Made by a program: the position numbers and the translations under genes. A DNA stretch of 64,000 bases from Candidatus Saccharimonadia bacterium (GTDB lineage: Bacteria; Patescibacteriota; Saccharimonadia; UBA4664), in assembly GCA_035544015.1 (NCBI GenBank), contig DATKIP010000093.1, forward strand, positions 65,156 to 129,155, in the 5' to 3' direction. The notes under the pieces are model-generated. The model was not told the origin of the DNA, did not search any database, and worked only from the letters and a program-made list of their open reading frames with translations. Below are positions 47,314-57,215 of the stretch, piece by piece; the stretch's first letter is position 1; each line of letters starts with the position of its first letter.

Positions 47314-48582
47314 ATGCCAGAAACGTACCATCAGCAGCTGCGCCGCCAAATCAACGAAGCCCTGGGCGCAGATGCCAAGCTTCCGGCCGACCTGCAGAAG
47401 TTGCTGCACCACATCAGCGACACCTACAGCCAATTTGACGCCGAGCGAGCTCAGGCCCAAACCACCATCAAGCTCCGAACCGAGCAGCTCATGGCCTCCA
47501 CTTCTCGGGCATACTCGTTTCTTGATAGCCTGCACAGGGGATTCATCATGTGCGACGTCAATCCCGAAGTGGTCCTCACCAATCTCTCGGTGCGCGCGAT
47601 GTTGTCTGCCGACGAACCCCCGTCGCCATCCGGGGCCAACCGCGAGTGGACGCTCGCCGCAATCGATACCCTCTTGCAGCCCGCCTTGCACCTCAAAGAC
47701 CTCATTCGAGCCAGCCTCGCGTCAAACCAACCCCGCGAATTCAAAGAAGTTAGCTTTGGCAAGCGCGTTCTGCGGTTGTTCATCGCCCCCATGATCAACG
47801 AAGTAAACGGCGACCAACAACCAATCGGGGCAGTGATACTCGTGGAGGACATCACCGAGCAGAAGGTATTGGATCGCTCCAAAGACGAATTCTTTTCCAT
47901 TGCCTCCCACGAACTGCGCACCCCGCTCACCGCCATTCGCGGCAATGCCTCGGTCATCAAAAAATACTATGCCGAAAGCCTCAAAGACCCCAGCCTCGTC
48001 GAAATGATCGACGATATTCACGAATCATCCGTGCGCCTCATCGAGATCGTCAACGATTTCCTCAACGTTTCGGCTCTCGAGCAAGGCAAAATCCAAATGA
48101 ACCCCGAGGCGTTGGCGCTGGCTGATGCCGTCAGTGAAGTCACCCGCGAGCTTCAGGCTTTGAGTGACGCCAAAGGCCTTGCCCTGGTCGTCGACCCGAG
48201 TGTTCCAGCCGCACCATTGGTAACCGCCGATAAACAGCGCATCAAACAAGTCATATACAACCTCATCGGCAACGCCATCAAATTTACCGACCAGGGCAGC
48301 ATCACCGCCACGGCGCGGGCCGACCAAAACTTCGTTTACTGCACCGTTACCGACACCGGTCACGGCATGCCGCCCGAAAGTCACCGGCTGCTGTTTCGCA
48401 AATTCCAGCAGGCCGGCAGTAGCCTGCTGACCCGCGACAATACCAAGGGCACTGGTCTGGGCCTCTATATATCCAAGCTTATCGTGGAGCTTTCGGGGGG
48501 CAAGATCGAGCTGGAGCACTCTGAGGTGGGCAAAGGCAGTGCATTTACGTTTAGCCTGCCGCGCGCCGCTTCCAGACAATAA
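47314..48582 (+). CDS. cytoplasmic PAS-domain sensor histidine kinase
   Basis: HisKA H-box (FFSIASHELRTPLTAIRGN), N/G1/G2 boxes (NLIGNAIKFT, DTGHGMP, GTGLGLYISK). No TM segments. Confidence 0.8.
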   Translation: MPETYHQQLRRQINEALGADAKLPADLQKLLHHISDTYSQFDAERAQAQTTIKLRTEQLMASTSRAYSFLDSLHRGFIMCDVNPEVVLTNLSVRAMLSADEPPSPSGANREWTLAAIDTLLQPALHLKDLIRASLASNQPREFKEVSFGKRVLRLFIAPMINEVNGDQQPIGAVILVEDITEQKVLDRSKDEFFSIASHELRTPLTAIRGNASVIKKYYAESLKDPSLVEMIDDIHESSVRLIEIVNDFLNVSALEQGKIQMNPEALALADAVSEVTRELQALSDAKGLALVVDPSVPAAPLVTADKQRIKQVIYNLIGNAIKFTDQGSITATARADQNFVYCTVTDTGHGMPPESHRLLFRKFQQAGSSLLTRDNTKGTGLGLYISKLIVELSGGKIELEHSEVGKGSAFTFSLPRAASRQ

Positions 48583-48594
48583 ATCCCAAAAGAC

Positions 48595-48636
48595 GCTCGC
48601 CGAGGCAACGGTATCCAAAACCGCGCCTCGGCGAGC
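48595..48636. terminator. bidirectional terminator-like hairpin between the convergent kinase and membrane-protein genes
   Basis: Perfect 12-bp stem GCTCGCCGAGGC/GCCTCGGCGAGC with a 17-nt loop. A-rich on the 5' side (U-tract for the minus strand). Confidence 0.4.
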
Positions 48637-48685
48637 ATTGGCGTGGATCGCGCACGTCCTAGCCGCCCACGATCCGCCCTAGCGT

Positions 48686-49483
48686 TCAGCCCGCCACCAT
48701 GGCGATGATCGAATAGAAATCCCGCCAGTTCAGTACCAGCGAGGCCTCGCTATCGCTCAAATTCGGCTGGCTGCGCACCGTAGTGTTGCGCCACCCCCGC
48801 AAAGGGGTCAGCAGCCGAGCCCCCCAACCCCGGCGTCCAACCACTTTTTGGCTAGCCTCCACATGTGTGCGCCAAACGATGACGAGCCGTAGACACGCCA
48901 GTGCTACCTGCGCTGCCAGGCTAACCCCGCTAAATCCCGCCGAACCCGCCAGCGCGAAGTGCCCGGCTTGAATGTACTGCGGCGCCACCTTAAATCCTGT
49001 TGCGCTCGTAATGCGTGCCCTGCGCGCCGCCACCGCGGGCAATTCCCGGCTTCGGTGCTTCTCGAGCCAGGCGCCCGTCACGAACGCGGCGGCTATGCTC
49101 ACCAGCACGCCGTCGGCCGGATGCAGTCGGGCTCCATATTGCGCCAGAAAGATCGTAGCGACAGTATTGTAGATGGTTATGAACCCGAACATCATAAACT
49201 GCACTCGCAGCAGATGTCGCGTCCGAAAGCGCGCCTCTGCCTCCACGCGGGCGGACTGCCGCCAAACCCCGGGATATAGTGAAGCTTGCACGATGGCAAA
49301 CCCCTCGCCGATCAAGATGTAGCTATAGAGAACTCCTTCGGTTGATGCGCGGATTCGAGTTAGCTGGGCTACTTCATAGGTGAGGGCAAGGACTACGCAA
49401 AGGCCAGGAACGATGAGCATCTCCCATCGATGCCGCCACAAAATATGCCGCCACGAAGCCGGAGGCTGTGCAGTCAGAATCAT
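48686..49483 (-). CDS. polytopic membrane protein, hypothetical
   Basis: 265 aa with about 6 hydrophobic helices. Consistent GC3. Confidence 0.5.
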   Translation of the reverse strand: MILTAQPPASWRHILWRHRWEMLIVPGLCVVLALTYEVAQLTRIRASTEGVLYSYILIGEGFAIVQASLYPGVWRQSARVEAEARFRTRHLLRVQFMMFGFITIYNTVATIFLAQYGARLHPADGVLVSIAAAFVTGAWLEKHRSRELPAVAARRARITSATGFKVAPQYIQAGHFALAGSAGFSGVSLAAQVALACLRLVIVWRTHVEASQKVVGRRGWGARLLTPLRGWRNTTVRSQPNLSDSEASLVLNWRDFYSIIAMVAG

Positions 49484-49701
49484 CGCGAACTACGCTCCTT
49501 AAAATGGAGGTGGATGGGGGAGGGTACGCGGACTGGTGAAAGCCCCAGGCATTATAAAAACCAGCGAATCGATATTCAACTCAATCTACAAAAAATCTTT
49601 TTGCACCATCTTATCGCCATCCGTTGGGCCACGTAGACACCGACTCCACCATTTCTATACGATAAAACCGTTAAGAAATTATTAAGAAAAGGAGTCTCAT
49701 C

Positions 49702-51144
49702 ATGTCATTAACAAAGCTGCGATCAGCGCTAGCGGCGGCGGTATTGCCGGTGGCCGCATTTATGCCGCTGCTCGCGCCGGCCGGGACGGCCCGGGCATTT
49801 TCAAGCTGCCCCACCGACCCGCTATCGGCCCTCACCCCGTACGAAGCAAATTATAACGACTCAGCCGCTGTCGATGTCGGCGTCAAATTCAACGTGCACG
49901 GCGCGCCGTTTGTGCGCGGCGTCAAATTCTACAAAGGCACCGACAACACCGGCACCCACGTAGCGCACCTTTTCGACTACTCAGCTTCCACCGAGCTCGC
50001 CTCGGCCACCTACACCAGCGAAACCAGCACTGGTTGGCAGACCGTAAACTTCTCGAGCGACGTGCCGGTGGACGACACCCACACCTTCGGCGTGTGGGTT
50101 GAAATGCCCGACGGCCACTACGCTGTTGATGGCGCCGGCGGCAACGGCACCAACAACTTTGGCGCCACCCCCGGCGGCCACGGCCAATTCGGCACTGCCG
50201 ATGACGTGGTCGTGATTCCCCAGGGCAACTCGGGCATCTACGAGTACGAGCCGCAAGCCGGCGTGCCTAGCAACACCACCGACCTCAACTACTGGGTATC
50301 GCCCATAGTCGGCGACACCACCGCTCCGTCGGTTGAGGTGGGCAACATGTCGGTCACCGATGACGCTTCCGGTCCCTCCGTGGATTGGGACGCCCCCGGC
50401 GCGGACACCAACGCGGCCACCAGTGATGGCACCCCGGTCCGGACCGCGGTTGAGCGCATCCAGGGCGAAAGCAGCGACTGGATCGTTGGCAGCCAGTCGG
50501 GCGATCTCTCAAGCTGGAGCGACGGTCCCAACGACCCCACCGCCCTTCCCGGCACCGCGTACACCTACAAGGTCATTAACTACGACGGCTGCGGCAATGC
50601 CTCCTCCGGCGCCACCGACACCGTAACGACCGCCAGCCAATCGCTCGACCACATCTTCTCGGGCAACCCGGCCAACACCGACACGGGCCAAACCGACCCG
50701 CTCACCGTCGGCCTGCGCTGGCACGCTGATGAGCCCGGCTATGTCTGGGGCGTGCGCGTGTACCGCGCCAGCGGCACCCAGTACACCGGCAGCCTGCAAA
50801 ACTTCGTTAGCCTTTGGGATACCGCCTCAACCACCACGGCTATGGCCACGCGCAACATCCCTCATGGCAACAACCAATCCGGTTGGATTGACGTACGCTT
50901 CGACGCACCCGTAGCCGTGGACGCCAACCACGACTATGTCGTGGGCTACCTCAGCCGTAACGGCCTCGAAACCTACACCAACGGCACCCTGAGCAGTGAC
51001 GTCACCAACAGTCACCTCACCGCCGTCGGCGACACCGAGGGTACACCCAATGGTGTCTACTCAACCTCGGGCGGCTACCCCGGCACCCGCTCGGGCAACG
51101 ACACCTGGTACGGCCTCGATGTAGACTGGTACCCCGCTCCGTAA
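49702..51144 (+). CDS. secreted protein with two DUF4082-like domains
   Basis: Strong RBS AAAAGGAG. Signal peptide MSLTKLRSALAAAVLPVAAFMPLLAPAGTARA. Internal duplication (VGVKFNVHGAPFVRGVKFYKG...HVAHLF versus VGLRWHADEPGYVWGVRVYRASG...). AT-rich upstream region. Confidence 0.65.
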   Translation: MSLTKLRSALAAAVLPVAAFMPLLAPAGTARAFSSCPTDPLSALTPYEANYNDSAAVDVGVKFNVHGAPFVRGVKFYKGTDNTGTHVAHLFDYSASTELASATYTSETSTGWQTVNFSSDVPVDDTHTFGVWVEMPDGHYAVDGAGGNGTNNFGATPGGHGQFGTADDVVVIPQGNSGIYEYEPQAGVPSNTTDLNYWVSPIVGDTTAPSVEVGNMSVTDDASGPSVDWDAPGADTNAATSDGTPVRTAVERIQGESSDWIVGSQSGDLSSWSDGPNDPTALPGTAYTYKVINYDGCGNASSGATDTVTTASQSLDHIFSGNPANTDTGQTDPLTVGLRWHADEPGYVWGVRVYRASGTQYTGSLQNFVSLWDTASTTTAMATRNIPHGNNQSGWIDVRFDAPVAVDANHDYVVGYLSRNGLETYTNGTLSSDVTNSHLTAVGDTEGTPNGVYSTSGGYPGTRSGNDTWYGLDVDWYPAP

Positions 51145-51280
51145 CGCTTACGGAAAACCGTTCACACGAAGGGCCGGACGCTGGTTGTCCGGCCCTTCCC
51201 TTGACTCTTGCATGTTCGCAAAATGTTCGGTATATTTCTCTCGGTCAGCAACTATAATGAATCGCAGAAGGGGACCAACC

Positions 51281-51778
51281 ATGGCCGAGTTAACCGCCGC
51301 CGCTGTTCGGACAATCTTTAAAGAGGAATTCTCCGATCTTCGCGCCGAAATGCAGCAGGGATTGACCATCGTAAAGCAGGAATTCGTAGGCGTCAGATCC
51401 GAAATGAAGCAAGGACTTGCAGGTATACGGTCCGAAATGAAACACGGACTCGCGGACGTCAGGTCCGAGATGCAGCAAAGCTTTGCAGCTATACGGTCCG
51501 AAGTGGCTGCAGAATTCACCAACGTTCGCGCCGAAATGAAGCAAGGCCTCGCGGACGTTCGGGCTGAGATGACCGCCGAATTTGCGAATGTCAGATCCGA
51601 GATGACCACCGAATTTGCCAACGTCCGCGCCGAAATGCTCGATGGCCACGACCAAATTCTCGAAGCCATTCAGCGCCTGAGCGACGAAGACCGCGACGAA
51701 ATGGCCGGCCTCACCGGTCGTTTGCGCAATCACAATGAGCGTATCGCCCGGCTCGAACGGCTGAGCGATCTGCGGTAG
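51281..51778 (+). CDS. 11-residue-repeat (apolipoprotein/LEA/DUF1640-like) helical protein
   Basis: GAAGGGG RBS. At least 8 phase-perfect 11-aa repeats R(S/A)EM.Q(G/E)(L/F)A.V (RSEMKQGLAGI, RSEMKHGLADV, RAEMKQGLADV, RAEMTAEFANV ...) spanning about 51395-51658. Lower GC and unusual codons (AGA, ATA, TTA). Confidence 0.65.
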   Translation: MAELTAAAVRTIFKEEFSDLRAEMQQGLTIVKQEFVGVRSEMKQGLAGIRSEMKHGLADVRSEMQQSFAAIRSEVAAEFTNVRAEMKQGLADVRAEMTAEFANVRSEMTTEFANVRAEMLDGHDQILEAIQRLSDEDRDEMAGLTGRLRNHNERIARLERLSDLR

Positions 51779-52738
51779 TTACGCCCCCGCCTTCACGAGT
51801 CGCTCCACCTCGGCCAGTGTCGGCAGGCCCGGCCGCGAAATTTTCAGCGCTGCTGTGGCACTGCCGTAGCGCATGGCCGTCTCCAGATCTTTGCCGGCCC
51901 GCACCGCCGCGATGACCCCGGCATTGAAGCTATCGCCCGCACCCACCATATTCACAGGTCTCACGTCATGGGCCGGCACTCGAACGACATTGCCACCTAC
52001 CAGCCCCCAGGCACCACGCGCGCCGTCTTTCACCGCCACCCGCGTGTCGCCCCAATCGTGGTCTTCAAGCCCAGCCTCGATCGCACCAAACCCCCACAGC
52101 GCCAAAAACTCATCGCGACTCGGGAAGTAATAATCCGCCCGACGCACCAGTTCGCGCACCATGGCAAGATCGCCCTCGGTCGAACCGGCATTTAGCCGGC
52201 CGTGATCTACCACAATTCGCGTATCGGTCGCCCTCGCTCGCTCGGCCAATTCTTCATAGGCTGGCAGCAGCCGCTTGAGCTTAAGACAGCTGCCTAGGTA
52301 CAAATACTCCACTTCGGGTAGCAGCGGTTCGGCCCGCTCCAACACCTCATCGGCCGTCAGAGCCTGGTTGGCCGTGCCCATCGCCGCCATCAGGGTGTGC
52401 GCCTGGTCATTCACGAAATTCATGCCAATATTCGTATGCACCGCCGCATCAACCACTAGCGCCGGTCGAATTCCGGCCTGCTCGATCATTCGCGCCAACA
52501 TTTCTCCGGGCCGATCTTGCCCAGTTTTGCCCACCATCACGGCCGACAGCCCCAGCGCGACACATAGCCGGCTAAAATTCAGCGCCGAACCCCCAAGCGT
52601 AAACTCGTAATCTCCGGCCACCAACTCGGTCTCCACGGCTAGCCCGCGCTCATCAAACGGCGCACCGGTTGAATTAATGTCGATATACACCCCGCCGACA
52701 GCCAAAAGCTCGTATTTTTTCATGACTCGAGCATACAC
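51779..52738 (-). CDS. PfkB-family carbohydrate/sugar-acid kinase
   Basis: N-terminal GG dipeptide region (LAVGGVYID) and C-terminal GAGDSF anion-hole motif. The true start may be the Met at 52723 (MKKYELL). Confidence 0.8.
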   Translation of the reverse strand: MYARVMKKYELLAVGGVYIDINSTGAPFDERGLAVETELVAGDYEFTLGGSALNFSRLCVALGLSAVMVGKTGQDRPGEMLARMIEQAGIRPALVVDAAVHTNIGMNFVNDQAHTLMAAMGTANQALTADEVLERAEPLLPEVEYLYLGSCLKLKRLLPAYEELAERARATDTRIVVDHGRLNAGSTEGDLAMVRELVRRADYYFPSRDEFLALWGFGAIEAGLEDHDWGDTRVAVKDGARGAWGLVGGNVVRVPAHDVRPVNMVGAGDSFNAGVIAAVRAGKDLETAMRYGSATAALKISRPGLPTLAEVERLVKAGA

Positions 52739-52839
52739 GAACGGCCATCCCGCCGGCTAGCCAGTCGACAAACAACACCGCAGAGCGTATCGTATGCCTG
52801 CCCGGAAAGAGCACTGCCCAACAGAGTTAGGAGCCCAGT

Positions 52840-53406
52840 ATGGGCAACCCCCCGTACGATCGTGAGCAGGTAAACCAGTCCATCTATGCGCTGGGGCCAT
52901 CCATCGTGGATCAAATGCGCATCCTGCACCCCGCTCATCACAGGGTCGATGCACCGTACGGTTTCATGATCCTCGACCCGCAAGTCCACGCCGTCAATCG
53001 AAACAATGCACTGGGCCTGAGCAATCCCCTCAAGGAAGCCCGGGCCTATCTGGGGGCACGCCTCGTGGGGCACTATGTGAGCCCCGCCGCTACCGCGAGA
53101 AGCCACGGACGACCGCCGCTCGCTGGCGCGATGAGCCTAGCGGCGGCGGTCGCACTCATGCGGTATCGCAATCAGCTCAGCGACAACACCGCTGGAATAT
53201 TCGACCGCGAACAGGGCAAAACCGGCTGGCAGAGCTTCCTCGAGGTAAGGCCGGCGCCGATCATCCCGACTACCTTCAACGGCCCCGCCTTCATCATCGT
53301 GGCTGGCGGTTGGCCACAGGAGGACCACGTCGCAGCGACGGCGATCGAGCTCATGGCCCATGCGCTCGATCTCGCTTTCGGGGATCGTCCGCCCATCCTG
53401 CGATGA
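52840..53406 (+). CDS. hypothetical protein
   Basis: 188-aa ORF with AGGAG RBS. No recognisable motifs. Confidence 0.45.
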   Translation: MGNPPYDREQVNQSIYALGPSIVDQMRILHPAHHRVDAPYGFMILDPQVHAVNRNNALGLSNPLKEARAYLGARLVGHYVSPAATARSHGRPPLAGAMSLAAAVALMRYRNQLSDNTAGIFDREQGKTGWQSFLEVRPAPIIPTTFNGPAFIIVAGGWPQEDHVAATAIELMAHALDLAFGDRPPILR

Positions 53407-53515
53407 CTACAGCTCATCTTCCGGGTGCGTTCCGCCGGCCCCCACTATCCCGGGGGCCGGCGGGACCACCGCTAACGCTTTGCGTCGGCCGCCAGCCGTG
53501 CTAATCTAGTACACT

Positions 53516-54796
53516 ATGGAAACCAAGCTTATCACCCGCACCGACACCGAAATTCAGTTCACGGTAGTCCTCGACGAGGCCTATCTCAAGCCCATCAAGG
53601 CTGAAATGTTCGATCATCTGCGCGGCCGCGTCAAGGCCGCCGGCTTCCGCCCCGGCAAAGCTCCCGACATGATCGTGGAGCGTGAGCTTGGATCGGGCAC
53701 CGTTCACAGCGAAATTATCGATCACGCTATTCAACATTCGTATCCCGATGCCATCAAGGAGCACGCCGTCCAAACCGTTTCCGGCCCCAAAGTATCGCTC
53801 GAAAAGTTCGTCCCCTACACCGAACTCGTCTATAAAGTGACCGTCGAGCTCCTGCCCAAAGTCAAACTGCCCGATTTCAAAAAACTACGCGTGAAGCGAC
53901 CCGCCATCAAGGTCGAAAAAGCCGAAATCGAGCGCACCATCGAAGACTTGCGCCGCCGTGAAGCCGCTCGCCTCGAGAGCGAGCAGCCGGCCAAGAAGGG
54001 TGATGAAGTCAATTTTGATTTCGACGGCACCAAAGACGGCCAGTCCGTCTCCGGCGCTTCGGCCAAAAACCAGACCCTCCAGCTTGGCTCTGGCCAATTT
54101 ATCCCCGGCTTCGAAGACGAAATGATCGGCCTCAAAAAAGGCGACGAGAAAACCTTCGACATCCGTTTCCCCGAAAGCTACCACGAAAAAACCTTGGCCG
54201 ATCAGGTGGTCACCTTCGCCATCAAGATCAACACGGTCACCGAGCTGGTGCTGCCCGAGATCGACGAATCATTCATCAACGCCGTCAGCCCGTTCAAATC
54301 ACTCGACGAGCTTAAGGCCGACATTACCGCCAAAATCTCCGGCGAAAAGGCCGAAGCCGCCTCGCGCGAGTACGAGCAAGAAGTCCTCAATAAGCTCCTC
54401 AAAAATTCTGACTACCAAACCCCTGAGACGCTCGTGGAGCAGCAGCTGGAGCGTATGCGCACCGAGCTCGAACAAAACCTCGCCTACAGTGGGCTTGATC
54501 TGACCAAATACCTCGACCTCTCGGGCAAGACCCGCGCCGAGCTCGACACCGAAATGCGCCCCGAAGCTCAGCGACGCGTCGGCCTGGCGCTCGTCCTCAC
54601 CGAAGTGGCCGCGGCCGAGCAGTTGAGCGTGAGCGCCGAGGAACTCGACGCCGAAATCAGCCGCCTCAAGCAATCGTACCCCGACCCTAGCACCCAGGCC
54701 GAACTCGAAAACGCCAGCACCCGCGAAGAGGTCTACAACCATCTCATGAGCTCCAAAGTCATTGCCCGGCTCGTCAGTTACGCCGAAGCCAAATAG
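53516..54796 (+). CDS. tig: trigger factor
   Basis: 426 aa. N-terminal ribosome-binding domain with GFRPGKAP motif, FKBP-like PPIase middle, helical C-terminus. Confidence 0.9.
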   Translation: METKLITRTDTEIQFTVVLDEAYLKPIKAEMFDHLRGRVKAAGFRPGKAPDMIVERELGSGTVHSEIIDHAIQHSYPDAIKEHAVQTVSGPKVSLEKFVPYTELVYKVTVELLPKVKLPDFKKLRVKRPAIKVEKAEIERTIEDLRRREAARLESEQPAKKGDEVNFDFDGTKDGQSVSGASAKNQTLQLGSGQFIPGFEDEMIGLKKGDEKTFDIRFPESYHEKTLADQVVTFAIKINTVTELVLPEIDESFINAVSPFKSLDELKADITAKISGEKAEAASREYEQEVLNKLLKNSDYQTPETLVEQQLERMRTELEQNLAYSGLDLTKYLDLSGKTRAELDTEMRPEAQRRVGLALVLTEVAAAEQLSVSAEELDAEISRLKQSYPDPSTQAELENASTREEVYNHLMSSKVIARLVSYAEAK

Positions 54797-54867
54797 CGCA
54801 CCCCGGGGCTAGCACTCGCATACCACGAGTGCTAAAATAACCCCAGAATGTGAACAAGGAAGCCCCC

Positions 54868-55482
54868 ATGAAGCCAACCAGCCAATCCATTTTGATCCCC
54901 ACCGTCATCGAGAAAACTCCCGGCGGCGAGCGCGCTTACGATATCTATTCGCGTTTGCTCAAAGAACGCATCGTGTTTCTGGGCACCGGCATCGATGACA
55001 CGGTCGCCAACCTCATCGTGGCGCAGTTGTTGTTCCTCGAAAGCGAAGATGCCAGCAAAGACATTCAGCTCTACATCAACTCACCCGGCGGGCAAGTGTA
55101 CTCGGGCCTGGCCATCGTCGACACCATGCACCTCATCAAGCCGGCCGTTTCCACTATCGTGGTGGGGGTGGCGGCCTCCATGGGTGCCATCATTGCCTCT
55201 CAGGGTGAAAAGGGCAAGCGTTTCGCGTTACCAAATGCTAAGATAATGATGCACCAGCCGTCCTCAGGCTTTGAAGGCACTTCGGCCGATATCGAGATCT
55301 CGGCCCGCGAAGTGCTCAGCCTGCGTCACCGCATCGACGAAATGCTAGCTGATGCCACGGGTCACCCCATCGAAAAGATCAATCACGACACCGATCGCGA
55401 TTATTGGCTGACCGCGCAGGCCGCCGCCGAGTACGGCGTGATCGACAAAGTCATTACCAAATCCGCCTCCGCTACGAAATAA
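54868..55482 (+). CDS. clpP: ATP-dependent Clp protease proteolytic subunit
   Basis: Catalytic triad context ([16 protein letters not shown], and the conserved D). Start at the Met with GGAAG RBS. Confidence 0.9.
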   Translation: MKPTSQSILIPTVIEKTPGGERAYDIYSRLLKERIVFLGTGIDDTVANLIVAQLLFLESEDASKDIQLYINSPGGQVYSGLAIVDTMHLIKPAVSTIVVGVAASMGAIIASQGEKGKRFALPNAKIMMHQPSSGFEGTSADIEISAREVLSLRHRIDEMLADATGHPIEKINHDTDRDYWLTAQAAAEYGVIDKVITKSASATK

Positions 55483-55507
55483 GCTTAAATTCCCAGGAGT
55501 CGCCCGC

Positions 55508-56818
55508 TTGAAGCGCCGCACCGAGATACCGGCCCAGTTCGTCACTGACGACGCCTCGATCGTCCGTAATGCCAGCTTCAATCGGCTCTGGAGCGCGCAG
55601 ATTCTGTCGCAGATTGCGCAGAACCTGCTCAACTTTGCCCTCATCATCCGCGTCTTCCAGCTCGCCCAAGGCACACGCCTCGCCAACGTCTCGGTGGCAC
55701 TGCTCATTTTGAGCTTTGGCATCCCATCGCTGCTCTTCGCCGCCGCGGCCGGCGTGTACGTGGATCACTGGAACAAAAAGCGGGTGCTCATCATCGCCAA
55801 TGTCACCCGGGCGCTGCTGGTGCTCGGGTATTTGGCCTTCGAGCATAATCTGTATCTCGTGTTGCTGCTGACCTTCCTCATCTCCACCGCCACCCAGTTT
55901 TTTACCCCCGCCGAAGCCGCGGCCATACCGGCCCTGGTGTCCAAAAAACACCTCCAGCGCGCCAATTCGCTGTTCGTTTTTACCATCTACGCCTCGTTTA
56001 TAATTGGCTATTCCGCTTCGGCGCCGGTGATCGCCGCCTTTGGACCCAGCGGACCGTACATCCTCACGGCTATTATGTTTGCCCTAGCCTCGGCGCTGGT
56101 GTGGGTGCTGCCCGATATTCAGGTGGAACGCTCCAAGGGCATGCCATTTAGGCACGTAGTGCGCCATACCTGGAGCGAACTGCGCGACAACTGGGAGCTC
56201 ATTCGCACCACTCACAATCTATCGTTTCCCATCCTCCAGCTCACCGTCGCGCAGTCCATTCTGGGAGTCATCCTGGCGCTCGCTCCGGCTCTATCACTGG
56301 CAGTTTTAGGCTTGCCATTGCAAAATTCATCGCATTACCTCATTATTCCAGCCGGCATTGGCATGGTGCTTGGAGTAGTACTCATTGATCGCCTAACGGC
56401 GCTCGTGCCACGCATCCGGCTTATCGTGGGCGGGGTGATCGCCGGCGCTGTCGCTCTCACGCTGCTCGGTTTGGCCGACCGCTTGCACCATTTCACCGAC
56501 GGCAAGGTTATGCTGGCGCATTACCAGATCGGCCTGATTGTCATCCCGATTGTTTTCATGCTGGGGTTCACGAATGCGGTCGTGTCGGTGGCAGCCCAAA
56601 CGCTGCTGCAGGAAAACACCACCGAACAGAGCCGCGGCAAGGTCTTTGGCGCGCTCGGTATGATGATTAACATCGCCGCCACGCTGCCCATTTTCTTTGC
56701 CGGCATATTAGCCGATCTCACGAGTGTTAATATTGTCATCTCTACCCTTGGGCTCCTTCTGCTTGCATTTGCTCTCGGGCAATTTTGGTACCTCCGCCGC
56801 TCTGGTAAACTCGGCTAA
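55508..56818 (+). CDS. MFS transporter
   Basis: TTG start with AGGAG RBS. 12 TM segments. Occupies the position where clpX is commonly found. Confidence 0.7.
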   Translation: MKRRTEIPAQFVTDDASIVRNASFNRLWSAQILSQIAQNLLNFALIIRVFQLAQGTRLANVSVALLILSFGIPSLLFAAAAGVYVDHWNKKRVLIIANVTRALLVLGYLAFEHNLYLVLLLTFLISTATQFFTPAEAAAIPALVSKKHLQRANSLFVFTIYASFIIGYSASAPVIAAFGPSGPYILTAIMFALASALVWVLPDIQVERSKGMPFRHVVRHTWSELRDNWELIRTTHNLSFPILQLTVAQSILGVILALAPALSLAVLGLPLQNSSHYLIIPAGIGMVLGVVLIDRLTALVPRIRLIVGGVIAGAVALTLLGLADRLHHFTDGKVMLAHYQIGLIVIPIVFMLGFTNAVVSVAAQTLLQENTTEQSRGKVFGALGMMINIAATLPIFFAGILADLTSVNIVISTLGLLLLAFALGQFWYLRRSGKLG

Positions 56819-56867
56819 TGGTTTCCCGCCTAAGTTCTCAGGCCACCGCTTGAGCTCTTGGGTTGGA

Positions 56868-56899
56868 GTCCGACCTCGAGCCTGCGCCCGAGGTCGGAC
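56868..56899 (+). terminator. terminator-like hairpin after the MFS gene
   Basis: GTCCGACCTCG agcctgcgcc CGAGGTCGGAC perfect 11-bp stem, followed by GGTTGTGGTG. Confidence 0.35.
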
Positions 56900-57171
56900 G
56901 GTTGTGGTGAATGGTCGCTGCCTGACCACCCGCTTGCCGTCGGGCGTCATGCCCGCCGACACGAGGGACGCGGGCGCGCCGAGGGCCGTCGTCTCCCCCT
57001 ACCTGACCTTCCACGAAGCGCTTGAGCTCTGTCGGAGTAGCTGGATTGGGACTGCCGGTTCGGTGAGCGGTCGCGGTCGTCGCAATCATTTCGTTAGGGG
57101 CCGAGAAAGCCCTGCGGTAATTCCTAGAGCCTGCCACTCCATCTCGATGATGAGGATAGCTCGATGGAGGG

Positions 57172-57203
57172 AGGACCCGCCCGGCACCAAGACCGGGCGG
57201 GTC
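57172..57203 (-). terminator. terminator-like hairpin after the lipoprotein gene
   Basis: GGACCCGCCCGG caccaaga CCGGGCGGGTCC perfect 12-bp stem, 13 nt beyond the minus-strand stop. Confidence 0.35.
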
Positions 57204-57215
57204 CTCGTCCCGGAA

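Noticed and set aside
51395-51658. Possible CRISPR array suggested by 33-nt periodicity
   Set aside because: Units are contiguous with no spacers, degenerate at the DNA level but conserved in the protein frame, and lie entirely inside an ORF with an RBS. This is a protein repeat.
51148-51669. 173-aa minus-strand ORF with Ser/Ile-rich periodic sequence
   Set aside because: Reverse complement of the 33-nt repeat region of the 51281..51778 gene. It has no start context, and its periodicity is inherited from the sense-strand repeats.
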